NCBI GenBank assembly: GCA_000165345.1
Contig: CM000432.1
Coordinates: forward strand, 736,001-800,000
Reading direction: 5' to 3'
DNA length: 64,000 nt
This document shows positions 9,604-20,145 of the stretch, one piece after another (positions within the stretch are counted from its first letter, which is position 1; the number at the start of each line of letters is the position of its first letter). Made by a program: the position numbers and the translations under genes. The notes beneath the pieces are model-generated. The model saw only the letters and a program-made list of their open reading frames with translations, was not told the origin of the DNA and made no database searches.

Positions 9604-12084
9604 CTATGCTAAGTATAAGAGCTTTTCCGGGTCGTCTTGATCATTTTCAAGATACTCTCTTTCTATTAAATATTTAATTTTGTCGATTATCATTATTTCA
9701 GAGGGTTTATATTCGCATAGTTGGGATGAGACATGGGCAATGATATCGCTTCTTGTCATTTGTCCTTTAATTTTCATAATTTTAACAATTGCTGCTTCTA
9801 TGGCATGGCTTTTGTCGTATTCAGTACGATTCTTTCGAGTTGTTTCTGTTTGATGTGGTAATTTAATAATTATTGGAGATATGACATCGGTTGAAACAAA
9901 CTCAAAATTCACTTCAAATACTGGATTGTCTGGGGAAATTTGGGTGTTATTGACAAATTTCAAAATTCCTACGTCAGAATATAAAGGTTTTATATGTTTT
10001 AATATGATGGACTTTTCTGTATTTAGTAAGCTTTGAAGCTCAAGTAAAGATAAGCTGATAAAATCATTGAATTGTAGCAGAATACATGCTTGGTACGTAT
10101 TACAATGTATTTCAAAGAATTTAAATGTTCCATTTGGCGTTGGCAGCTTGTAGTCTAAAACACATTCCCCATACCAATATATCCAAGTGAGCTTTCTGTG
10201 GCTAGTTTCTAAGGAATAAAATGTTTCAAAATCGCTTATACAGTTTTTTAGGTTAGTTGGCAGGTTTATGTTTGAGGAGTCTAATGTAGGCCAATTCGAA
10301 CTTGTCAAAATATTAACGGCAAAGTCAACTTTCGTAGGAATTAGAGCCTTAACAATTTGTAAACCCAAATCAGATATTTTGTTGTCTTTTATTTCAAACT
10401 CTTTATTTTCTATTTCACCTTTTTTAATGTCTCTTAAGTACTCTTTGAATTTATTATTCAAATTTCGAGTCATTCGAATATCCGTAATCATCCCTTCTAA
10501 CTTGGATGTGAACCCAGCTCCACATTTGCTTTTAAGTAAAGATATAATATACAGCTCATTTTTTTCTAAGGATAAGTGATATTGAAGAAGCCTTTTTGCA
10601 AGTAGAAACTTGTAAATTTGAAGAAAGTAATCTTGAAAGTGGATGTAGGAAAAAATTTCCACAAGTTTTCCAGCTAATACAGCAAATTGATTGTTAGACA
10701 GGAAAGCGTTGAAATCGTTCCCAATCTCAGAGTAGCTGTTTTTTAATAATAAGTCGCAATAAAAACAAACAAGTTTTGCCTGGTTTTGGCAACCAACTTC
10801 TAAATTAACAATTACTTCAAAAGACTCACGAATTGTCTTTTGAACTGCAGTATCATTATCAAAACAGTTTTCCAATAAGTATATTGAATGATCAAAAAGA
10901 GAAATAATCGTTTGCACGAATAAGGTTTCGTATTTCATATTCATAAAAGGAACAATAATTGATTTTCCAAGCATCCAAGGCCAATTTTCGGCTAAATTAT
11001 GCGTAGATTGGATTTGGTCAAAAGTTTCTTCATTATCAATCTCAATATCTTCAGCAAAATGAATTGACTCCGAGAATTTATTAATTACCAATTGGCCACA
11101 CTCAGTTAGGTAGTGCTTAAATTGAGTATTTAATGCATGCATTCCATGATGAATTGTAGAAAAGTGTCTAAACAATAATTTTAGTTGCTCGAATTCATTG
11201 TCTAAAAACATCTTCTTAATAGAGCTAGAATTTGAAAGAATCGCTTTCATTTCATCTGCAAGTAATATTTGAGTTAATGATTTTTGTATTTTTTTCCTCG
11301 TAGAATTAAATAAACACAATTCGCATAGCTTATTCTCAAAATTAACAATGCCATCCACGCGAGATAAGTATTCTAATAATTTGTCATTCCTAACCCATTT
11401 GGGTGCAAGACTCCCATAGTAAGAGTTTAAGCGATTAATAACGATATTTTCTATCTCATTTTCGTATATTTCTGGGATTTTGCTCTTCTCGCTCATTTCC
11501 AAACACACATTCACAACTCCTTTCATAAGTTCACTGTCAATATCTTTGGTTCCAAGCCTGTACTCCTGAATAGAATTACTGAATGAAAGTGAAATACTCT
11601 CTTTGAATTCCAAATATATAGTTTCATAAAATATAGTGATTCCTTTTAGCATTAGACTTCCTTCTCCTGCAATCTTAATGTGATATTTGTTCAAGTAACC
11701 AAAAAAGCGTTCCATCCAGTGCGTATAAATTAAGTGGTTACTCCATGAAAGCCGGAATTCAAACAGTAGCCCAGATCCTGTAGAATTTTTCAATTTACTA
11801 ATAACGTTTTCTTTCAAAAAATTCTCAATAGTTTCAGAATATTTGGTAAATAACTGCCTACTCCAATTTCTAGGATTTTGGGTGCACATATTATAAATTA
11901 AAGTATAGATTTTTGAATAATCTTTGGCAGTAAATAAGTTCTTTACTGTATCATTAATCTGGGTCCTATTTAGCAAATATGTTTCCAAAGGCTCGATAGC
12001 TTCTCTTTTAATTTGGGCCCATCCCTCCTCAAACCCAATGTTTTTATCCGAATCTGTGCATTCTCTATTGAGTGATTCCGACAT
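9604..12084 (-). CDS. Cullin family protein (CUL1-like)
   Basis: 824 aa with a cullin-repeat architecture and a C-terminal neddylation / winged-helix tail (IEAAIVKIMKIKGQMTRSDIIAHVSSQL ... IDKIKYLIEREYLENDQDDPEKLLYLA). The ORF-track start 12117 is TTG; the first ATG is at 12084 (MSESLNRE...). Confidence 0.8.
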   Translation of the reverse strand: MSESLNRECTDSDKNIGFEEGWAQIKREAIEPLETYLLNRTQINDTVKNLFTAKDYSKIYTLIYNMCTQNPRNWSRQLFTKYSETIENFLKENVISKLKNSTGSGLLFEFRLSWSNHLIYTHWMERFFGYLNKYHIKIAGEGSLMLKGITIFYETIYLEFKESISLSFSNSIQEYRLGTKDIDSELMKGVVNVCLEMSEKSKIPEIYENEIENIVINRLNSYYGSLAPKWVRNDKLLEYLSRVDGIVNFENKLCELCLFNSTRKKIQKSLTQILLADEMKAILSNSSSIKKMFLDNEFEQLKLLFRHFSTIHHGMHALNTQFKHYLTECGQLVINKFSESIHFAEDIEIDNEETFDQIQSTHNLAENWPWMLGKSIIVPFMNMKYETLFVQTIISLFDHSIYLLENCFDNDTAVQKTIRESFEVIVNLEVGCQNQAKLVCFYCDLLLKNSYSEIGNDFNAFLSNNQFAVLAGKLVEIFSYIHFQDYFLQIYKFLLAKRLLQYHLSLEKNELYIISLLKSKCGAGFTSKLEGMITDIRMTRNLNNKFKEYLRDIKKGEIENKEFEIKDNKISDLGLQIVKALIPTKVDFAVNILTSSNWPTLDSSNINLPTNLKNCISDFETFYSLETSHRKLTWIYWYGECVLDYKLPTPNGTFKFFEIHCNTYQACILLQFNDFISLSLLELQSLLNTEKSIILKHIKPLYSDVGILKFVNNTQISPDNPVFEVNFEFVSTDVISPIIIKLPHQTETTRKNRTEYDKSHAIEAAIVKIMKIKGQMTRSDIIAHVSSQLCEYKPSEIMIIDKIKYLIEREYLENDQDDPEKLLYLA

Positions 12085-12705
12085 AATTATTTGAACAATA
12101 TAATGAGTACAGAACAATTCTCATCTCCGCTCATTCGGCCATAACAGCCATTCTCGTTATTTTTAACAATTCGGAAAAACTATCGATTTTTTACTTGTAT
12201 TTTGTGAGAGGCGGGAATTTTAAAAAATAATATTTTTTTTTGACAGTTAAGAACACGTAACTTTTTCCTGATTATGAATATAAAGAAATAACATTTTTTT
12301 TTTAAGTTTAAAATAAAAGTACTTTAGAAAATGAATAAGCTGATAGATTATATTTCTACGCAAAAATACTATTTATACCAATACCTAAAATAGTTGCAAT
12401 TGCCCTGTAAATTTTCCGCATTCAAAAGTAAAATAAAGGAAATTAATAATAGATTTGTAATATTTCTTAAATATACTTGAGAGAAAAAAATTAGGAAATG
12501 GTAAAAATTTCACATTCGGCAGATATTTCCAAGCGGTATATTATTTACAAAGAAATTGCATGGCCAAAATTTATCTAACATTTTTTAGATAATTTAATCT
12601 CTAATTAATTAAGAATAAAATGCAAATTATTAAACTATTATATAATTATTGATAAATTAACTTTATTGCTCCCCACAAATGAAAATATATTTAGAGAGAC
12701 AGCGA

Positions 12706-12714
12706 TTTGGCGCC
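12706..12714. promoter_or_regulatory. E2F-like TTTGGCGCC site in the cullin/RPS3a divergent promoter
   Basis: Exact TTTGGCGCC, ~150 bp upstream of the RPS3a ATG. The same GGCGCC / TTTGGCGG family recurs at 5668-5676, 8319-8324, 17644-17649, 23420-23427, 28419-28424, 34125-34130, 35122-35129, 44904-44909, 48924-48941, 54469-54474, 56476-56484, 58297-58305 and 58364-58372. Confidence 0.5.
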
Positions 12715-12860
12715 GCATCTGCGTCTCTCATCAACACCTGGGACGAGTATAGTTAAAATGGTCAAGGTACGGCGTCTCAAAGCGCAAAAGCAACATTAAC
12801 AATAAAAGAAAAAAAGAGCTTGCTGCTTTCTTTTTTTATTAATTTCAATTAACATCGAAT

Positions 12861-13649
12861 ATGGCAATTGGTAAGAATAAGCGAATTTCTAAGGGTAGAA
12901 AGGGAGGACGTAAGAAAATTATTGATCCTTTGTCACGTAAGGAGTTTTACGACTTACGTGCCCCAAGTACCTTTAAAGTACGTAACTTCGGTACCACTAT
13001 TGCTTCCAAAAATCAAGGTACAAAGTTAGCAGTTGATGCTCTTAGACACAGAGTATATGAAGTGAGCTTGGCTGACTTAAACAACGATGAGGATCAGGCA
13101 TTCAGAAAGATTAAGTTGCAATGCGAGGATATTCAAGGAAGAACTTGCCTTACTGAATTCCATGGAATGGATATGACTAGGGACAAGCTCTGCTCCTTAA
13201 TTAGAAAGTACCAGACACTTATTGAAGCTCACTGCAACGTTAAAACTTCTGATGGTTATGTATTGAGATTGTTCTGTATCGCATTCACAAGAAGAATGGC
13301 GGACCAAGTAAAATCGACTTGCTATGCCCAGACTTCTCAAATTAGACAAATTAGAAAGAAGATGGTGGAGATTATCACAGCAGAGGCAGAAGGTACAACT
13401 CTACGTGATTTGGTAAAGAAATTCATCCCAGAGTCAATAGGTAAGGAGATTGAAAAGGCATGTAGGCACATTTTCCCATTACAACATGTATTTATTCGTA
13501 AGGTTAAGGTATTATCAAAGCCATCGTTTGATGTGTCTCGTCTTATGGAAAGCCATGTTGGTGCTGATGGTGTTGAAGAAAAAGGTACTAAGGTTGTTTC
13601 CGAATCAAACCAAGCAACCAATTTATTGACTGCTGAGATGAAGGCATAA
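12861..13649 (+). CDS. RPS3A: 40S ribosomal protein S3a (eS1)
   Basis: [46 protein letters not shown] ... is the canonical eS1 sequence; single exon. Confidence 0.95.
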   Translation: MAIGKNKRISKGRKGGRKKIIDPLSRKEFYDLRAPSTFKVRNFGTTIASKNQGTKLAVDALRHRVYEVSLADLNNDEDQAFRKIKLQCEDIQGRTCLTEFHGMDMTRDKLCSLIRKYQTLIEAHCNVKTSDGYVLRLFCIAFTRRMADQVKSTCYAQTSQIRQIRKKMVEIITAEAEGTTLRDLVKKFIPESIGKEIEKACRHIFPLQHVFIRKVKVLSKPSFDVSRLMESHVGADGVEEKGTKVVSESNQATNLLTAEMKA

Positions 13650-14114
13650 CTTTAAACTTTTCGATTTCATAGATATTATTAGGGATTATCTTCACATTTA
13701 AGTGATCAATTTCAAATTTGTATGTTCTCCTGATTTTTGCTTCTATTGCGTACGCGATTTCTGTTAGTGCATTGCAGAATTTGAAGTTCCTTTCAGAGTT
13801 CTTTGGAAGAGAAACGGACTTAATGAATAGTTATTTGATGCCAGAAAGGTCAATTGGAATAGCTTTTTTCTTTCTCCAAACACTTAGCACTTTGCCATAC
13901 AAGAGAGTTATTTTGTAGTAGATGCTAGCTAAAGTATTGCTCAAGGGTGAATTACTAATCTTTATAAGCTATTATTTCACAAAATAGTCTAAAGATTTGT
14001 TTGATTTCTTCGCTTATCCCGCTGTTAATTTTTTATCCAATTAATTTTTTTTAATAGGCAAATTAGTCTACAACTTAGCAGGCGGAAGAAATTAGTCGCA
14101 AATCAAATATTAAA

Positions 14115-14718
14115 ATGGGAGAGCCTTCTGAGAATAAACCCCAAAGCTTGCCAAATAATTTATTTCTAAATGATAACTTAAAGTTTGACAAATTGGATTT
14201 GGATGTAACAAAATTTAGAAGAAAGCAAGATTTATACTTTAACTCTTATGACAGGCTTTGGGGGGAAAAGGTAACTTATAGTGTGGGTCTATCTTATGGG
14301 ACAGGTATGCTTTCTCCCTGTTTTTTTATTAAGCAAATAATTATGATTTAATTAGGTTTTTGTTTGGGCTCTACATATGGGCTAATTAATGCAATGAAAA
14401 GGCCTGCACTTACACCTAAGCTTAAAATAAATTCAATCCTCAATGAGTGTGCATCTAGTAGTGCAAAAATTGCAAATCCACTTTCTATTATTAGTAAGTC
14501 CTCACGATATTGATGCGCCAGCGAGCATTGTAATTCACATAGCTTTATTCTATTGTGGGTTTTATAGAGCAACAAAAGCTATTAGGAAAAAAGATGATTC
14601 CCTAAATTCTATAATTTCTGGAGCTTTGTCCGGAGCACTATACAAGTCAGCGTCCTCAAAACGAGTTTTGGGAAGATATACACTAATCTCAGCAGGTAAG
14701 TTTGCGATAAAGAAGTAA
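14115..14718 (+). CDS. Tim17/Tim22/Tim23 (PRAT) family inner-membrane translocase subunit, three exons: 14115-14304, 14356-14493, 14543-14718
   Basis: Two ORF-track fragments (14115.. and 14443..) are joined by two short introns (GTATGC...TAG and GTAAGT...TAG) into a ~167 aa protein. Exon 3 carries the PRAT signature G-x2-[FY]-x10-R-x3-D-x6-[SG]G-x3-G (GFYRATKAIRKKDDSLNSIISGALSG). Confidence 0.6.
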
Positions 14719-14841
14719 TTTAGAGAGTTTTATTAATTTATGAAAAAAAAATTAAAAATGAAAAAAATATAGTTGCTTTTACTCTTATTGACCAAGTAAT
14801 ACGTTATAGTGAAAAATTATAGTCTATATCAATCTTTACGA

Positions 14842-16167
14842 TTATTTCTTTTTGTTACGATTTTTTAGTTTTCTATGACCAACTAGTGCTGTTTTTTCAT
14901 TAGAATCATTAAGTTCTGCATCAACAGTTCTTAGAGAGTCAACAACCTTTGCATGAATTGCCATTACTTCTTCTCTTTGTAAAGAAGTATACTCATCAAG
15001 TTTTCTATTTAGCGCAAATTCAATCCTCTGGAAAGTCTCAACGTCATATTGGGTAACCATAGAAATAGCTCTACCGCTCCTACCTGCTCTTGCAGTACGC
15101 CCAACACGATGTACATAATCCTTACTTGATGTCGGGATATCGAAGTTAATAACGAAGTCAACGTGTGGAATATCCAAACCTCTGCTTCCTACTTCTGTAG
15201 TAAACAATAACCTCTTTTGTTTTCCTTTGAAGAGATTCAATGCTGATAGACGTTGAGACTGCGACATTCTACCATGCAAACTAATGCTGTTAAATCCAAG
15301 TTCCTTTGCAAGCAAATCTCCTCTTCTACAATTGATACAAGTATTACAGAATATAATTCCAGTATATTGGCCCAAATTTTGGAGCATTCCAATAAAATAA
15401 CTCCATTTATACTTAAATGGTATAAACATATAATATTGCATTAAATTAGCAGCGGTATCATATTTTGTGTTTACACAAATTTTAATTGGATTTGATAATG
15501 AAATCTTCTGAAGTTTAGCGACCTTTGTTGTCATTGTTGCTGAAAATAAATAAGTAGTTCTATTTCTTGGGGACGATTCTACGATTTTATTCAATGCAAT
15601 TTCAAAATCCATAGATAACAATCTATCAGCCTCATCCATAACTAAGAACTTGATCCCCCCAATATTAAAACCCTTAGTGTTTTCTAAATGGTCAACTAAT
15701 CTTCCAGGGGATGCAACAATAATATGAGGTTTTTTTGCTAATGAAAGGGATTGCATAACCATATCAAGCCCTCCAACCAATGTTGCAATTTTCAAAGAGA
15801 TTAAAGAACCGAATGCAGAAAATTGTTCAGAAATCTGAACGCAAAGTTCTCTTGTTGGAGCTAATATAACAGCATACATTGGAACCTGATCATCAAGCAA
15901 TCTTTGCAATATTGGGATAATAAACGATCCAGTTTTGCCAGAACCTGTCTCTGCAAGTCCAATAATATCCCTTCCTTCAAGAGCTACTGGGATAGTCTTT
16001 TTTTGTATTTCTGTTGGAGTTTTCCAGCCTAAGGATTCACATGCAATACAAAGTTCTTTACAGACTCCTAGGGAAGCAAATGTTACGCTTTCCGAACTTT
16101 CTTCTTCAACATGTTCCGCTATTTTTGAAACATGACTTTCTAAAAACTCTGTACTTTTATTCTTCAT
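14842..16167 (-). CDS. DDX47: DEAD-box ATP-dependent RNA helicase, Rrp3/DDX47-like
   Basis: Q motif plus AETGSGKT, PTRELCVQI, VMDEADRLL, SAT and HRVGRTARAGRSGRAI. The N-terminus (FASLGVCKELCIACESLGWKTPTEIQ ... IPVALEGRDIIGLAETGSGKTGSF) is collinear with Rrp3/DDX47. Confidence 0.88.
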   Translation of the reverse strand: MKNKSTEFLESHVSKIAEHVEEESSESVTFASLGVCKELCIACESLGWKTPTEIQKKTIPVALEGRDIIGLAETGSGKTGSFIIPILQRLLDDQVPMYAVILAPTRELCVQISEQFSAFGSLISLKIATLVGGLDMVMQSLSLAKKPHIIVASPGRLVDHLENTKGFNIGGIKFLVMDEADRLLSMDFEIALNKIVESSPRNRTTYLFSATMTTKVAKLQKISLSNPIKICVNTKYDTAANLMQYYMFIPFKYKWSYFIGMLQNLGQYTGIIFCNTCINCRRGDLLAKELGFNSISLHGRMSQSQRLSALNLFKGKQKRLLFTTEVGSRGLDIPHVDFVINFDIPTSSKDYVHRVGRTARAGRSGRAISMVTQYDVETFQRIEFALNRKLDEYTSLQREEVMAIHAKVVDSLRTVDAELNDSNEKTALVGHRKLKNRNKKK

Positions 16168-16724
16168 TTCTACTCTTGTAGCTTATTTAATAAAATACAG
16201 TCGCATCAAAATCCAATTATTTGTCAAAAATATAATGTGAAGATAGCGTTTCTCAGTTTAATAAATTTTGGAAGTAGGGTTATTTGCCTTAAGTTATACC
16301 TTTTGAATCTTTTATTTCTTGAAAACGCAAATCCATAAAGTAGAAATTATACTCTTTTCCCTTAATAATAGTCAAATTTGATTCTTCGGTACACCGCCAA
16401 CACGCATCGGTCTCGAAGCTTATTATTATTGGTTAAGATCAGATTTAAGAGAAGCTAGGCAATAATATATTTAGAATATTAAAAATTTTAAAGGAAATAA
16501 TGTTAATGAGGGGAAGACTGGTATAATAAAAGCTAAAATTTTGAAATTAAAACTGAAAGATTTCAAATTCATATTTGCATTTTAAATGTAGTTGAAAGAG
16601 TAGCAAAATTTCAAATTTACCATATTTGAGAGTAATATATTTATAGACAATTATCGCTTATTAAGGTATTATTAAATTTTTTACCTATATAGTAATACTG
16701 AGATATTTATTAATATAAAAATTA

Positions 16725-17045
16725 ATGACTGAAGATTCCAATATTGAATCGCAAACTACAAAAAAAGATAACCCCAGCGAAGGGCCTCTAAGCTTATTAA
16801 CAGAATGTGTAAAAACAAATACACAAATTCTTGTTAATTGTAGAAATAATAGAAAGATTTTAGGGAGAGTTAAAGCATTTGACCGACATTGTAATTTACT
16901 TCTTACAGATGCAAGAGAAATATGGACGGAGTCCATGAAGTCCGGTAAAAAAGGATCTGCTAAATATATCAACAAAGATAGGTTTATTTCTAAATTATTC
17001 GTGAGGGGAGACTCTGTTATTTTAATTTTAAAGAGTCCGAACTGA
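16725..17045 (+). CDS. SNRPD2: Small nuclear ribonucleoprotein Sm D2
   Basis: [36 protein letters not shown] ... [20 protein letters not shown] matches SmD2 almost motif for motif. Confidence 0.9.
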   Translation: MTEDSNIESQTTKKDNPSEGPLSLLTECVKTNTQILVNCRNNRKILGRVKAFDRHCNLLLTDAREIWTESMKSGKKGSAKYINKDRFISKLFVRGDSVILILKSPN

Positions 17046-17167
17046 CTAATTAATTAACTAGTATCATTATATAGCTTTTCGCATTGTTGAATAGTACTTT
17101 AATTTTATGTTTAATAGTGAATCATTTTCTAGATTGAAATTGATTTTACAATATATTGAGTTGTTAA

Positions 17168-17584
17168 TTAAGCAGTTTGATATTGATCTAGGACTAAGTT
17201 AATGCAGCCTTGTTCTTCTTCGTTATGTGAGTCAAATTCTTCCTCTGATTTAAATGATTTTTGGTTTTCAACCATTAATCTTTCAATAGTAGAATTAACT
17301 TGAAATTCAACATTGTCGTGCATAGTATTAATCTTTGTATTTAGAACATTTGAAAGTTCGTTTACATTTTTGTAGTAGCTTTAGAGATGATTAATTAAGT
17401 TCATTGCAAATTTCACTCAAACTTACCTAATTATATGACCTTCAAGCTCACTTTGTTTTTTTGGGTCAACTTTTGAAATAATGTTAACTGTTTCCTTAAG
17501 TTCATTCAAGATATTTATAAGTAAATTTTGGGTTTTTTCTAGGAATTCTGCTGGCCCTTCCAAAATATCCTTCTCTATTTCCAT
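17168..17584 (-). CDS. Hypothetical small coiled-coil protein (~122 aa), two exons: 17584-17427 and 17378-17168 (minus strand)
   Basis: ATG at 17584; exon 1 ends ...GHII+AG followed by a consensus GTAAGT donor (the plus strand shows ACTTAC at 17421-17426). A 48-nt intron ends ...AAAG, and exon 2 continues in frame to a TAA at 17170-17168. This gene is absent from the ORF track and has no recognisable family. Confidence 0.35.
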
Positions 17585-17643
17585 ATTTCATTACTGATCC
17601 AAAGATAAAATGCGATTCTTTTTTTTTTTTTTTTGAAGTTGAA

Positions 17644-17656
17644 GGCGCCTATAAAT
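17644..17656. promoter_or_regulatory. GGCGCC immediately followed by TATAAAT in the promoter between the 17168 small gene and the AC19 gene
   Basis: gaaGGCGCCTATAAATgcat read directly; ~320 bp upstream of the AC19 ATG. Confidence 0.4.
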
Positions 17657-17977
17657 GCATCTAATTAAGATTACCAATGCAGAGGTATGTTTTGAAGAAT
17701 AAAGTTTAAAGAAAGAGAAGACCAAAGAAGCAGAATAACAGTGGTTTTAGAAGTGCAACATGTCTAGCGGCGTATGGCCAGTTTGACGACTAAATTTATT
17801 TATTTTTTATTTTATAAAATTTAAGTGGCGCTAATTGTACTATCTTTTTTACATAAAGGATAAATTTTTAGGGTGGAAAAACGATAAGAATATTAAGATT
17901 TTATTTTCACTATAATAAGATTATCGAATTATACTATTATTTAAATAGGCTCTTATTTATTACGATTGCCCAAGAAA

Positions 17978-18497
17978 ATGGAAGATGTTAGTATGAAAGA
18001 AGAAACTGAACATGGAAACAACTCTGTTAATTTGGCTTCCAAAAATGAAATGTTAAGCAACCTTGAAGGACCTAATTTGACATTTCAAATACATGAAGAG
18101 GATCATACATTAGGTAAGCTAATATTAATTTGTTTACATATAACTTTTTATCCTTAACCAACATATAATATTTTTAGGTAATGCATTACGTCACTTGGCG
18201 ATGCTGAACCCAAACACAACATTTGCAGGTTATGCAATTCCACATCCATCTATTTCCACAATGAATTTGAGAATAGAGACTATATCTAATGTTGAAGTTG
18301 ATAATAAGAACTATAATCTGGATTTGAAGGCTGCGCCCAGCCCAAGTCTAGACAAAAAAAGCAGCTCAAAAAAGCAAAGTAGCAAGGTAGGAGCTACTCA
18401 AATCCTTTTAAAGGCATGCGATGATCTGAACTTAATATGTAACAAAATTGAAGATAAATTCGATAAGGCAGTGCAAGTTCATCTCTCGAGTAACTAA
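17978..18497 (+). CDS. RNA polymerase small subunit of the Rpb11/AC19 family (closest to AC19/RPAC2 of Pol I/III), two exons: 17978-18113 and 18178-18497
   Basis: Exon 1 ends ...EEDHTLG followed by GTAAGC, and exon 2 starts after TTTTTAG, giving [30 protein letters not shown] ... NLRIET, which is the Rpb11/AC19 dimerisation motif. The ORF-track start 17966 is TTG; the ATG is at 17978. Confidence 0.7.
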
Positions 18498-18740
18498 TAA
18501 CACAAGCTTTTCTAAAACTTATTATATCGAAGTTAAACTAATATATGGGAAGTAAAAAAAAACAAATATTCTTAGACGAATTTAAATATATTTAATATTA
18601 TAACTCAGTGTATTAACATTTTACTAATATTAATTATGTTTTATTTTTTTTACTAAAATATTACATGAAAGATGTTTTTTTTTAACTCCCGCCTTCATTT
18701 ATGATAAATTACTTTCAATGAAATTTAATTAAGTCGATAA

Positions 18741-19418
18741 ATGAATAGATTAGTGAATCAAATAACAGCAACTAGCATTCCAGAAACAATTGAATGTGAC
18801 TTATCAAAGAAGAAAGACGGCAAATTTTTTATATTAGAGTCAAAAAATGATATTTCAAGTGCCAAGGAGCTATATAAAGGGTTTAGAAATGGCTTGAGAT
18901 CAAACTGCAATATTCAAAATCATTTACATTTTGAAAATAGACTAAAAGACCTTGTTCTTCGGATATCTTCTGATCAAGATTTCACTTTGAATGATGATCA
19001 AGATCTTGACGATGATGTAACCTGTTTAAGCGTTCAATCAAAAGAAGATATTATGCAGATACTAGAAAAATCCAGAAAGTTAAACAAAGAAAACATTCAA
19101 GTTATAGATGGCGTGGAAATTCTTCTTTCAGGGCAAGGCGGAAGACCGTTTGCCAAGCTTGATAAGGATTTTAATACTCAGAAAGTCGAAACTAGAGAAT
19201 TTGAACCTGAACAAAGAGCTCAAATACTTCGAGAACTTGACAGCTTACTGATTTCAACTCTTAAATGTACAGCGGAAGTTGACCGTCTTAGCCAAATTAA
19301 CGCTAACTCCAATATCAACCACTGTCCAAATTCCTCCGTAAGCAGGAACATCAATGAGATGAGGAGCTTAATCACGGAACTCTACTTAAACTCATTCAAG
19401 GGAACACACAACCTATGA
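18741..19418 (+). CDS. Hypothetical protein (225 aa), no recognisable domain
   Basis: Clean ATG-to-stop ORF in a gene-dense context; acidic central region. Confidence 0.5.
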   Translation: MNRLVNQITATSIPETIECDLSKKKDGKFFILESKNDISSAKELYKGFRNGLRSNCNIQNHLHFENRLKDLVLRISSDQDFTLNDDQDLDDDVTCLSVQSKEDIMQILEKSRKLNKENIQVIDGVEILLSGQGGRPFAKLDKDFNTQKVETREFEPEQRAQILRELDSLLISTLKCTAEVDRLSQINANSNINHCPNSSVSRNINEMRSLITELYLNSFKGTHNL

Positions 19419-19497
19419 GTAGGAATTCAAACTAGAACAATTACCAATATTAATGTATAGATTACTTAATTTTCTTAATTCTATTTTACACTATTAT

Positions 19498-19513
19498 GGC
19501 GGCTAGTGCCGCC
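19498..19513. other. GC hairpin GGCGGC-tagt-GCCGCC (6-bp GC stem, 4-nt loop) in the convergent 3' region shared by the 18741 gene and histone H3
   Basis: Read directly from the sequence; ~80 bp past the plus-strand gene's stop and ~185 bp past the H3 stop. Confidence 0.6.
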
Positions 19514-19698
19514 TGGAGAGCAGGCAAAATGCATGTGTTATAGTTAGGGAATGCCATTAGCAATTTGTAACATACTAAATGGCGACTGGAAAGCTTCGAT
19601 ATCAAAATTGCATGAATAGCAAATGCTCGCAATACTGGAAATCAAAATACTGAATTTCGAATACATTAAACACCACTAAGTAGCATCAGGGCTCAGAT

Positions 19699-20145
<447 letters not shown>

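Noticed and set aside
13718-13918. 66-aa ORF downstream of RPS3a
   Set aside because: Lies in the RPS3a 3' UTR / Tim17-family promoter interval, with a hydrophobic low-complexity translation and no homology.
17421-17428. ACTTACCT resembling the 5' end of U1 snRNA
   Set aside because: It is the reverse complement of the GTAAGT donor site of the minus-strand two-exon gene, not an snRNA gene. No Sm site or stem structure follows.
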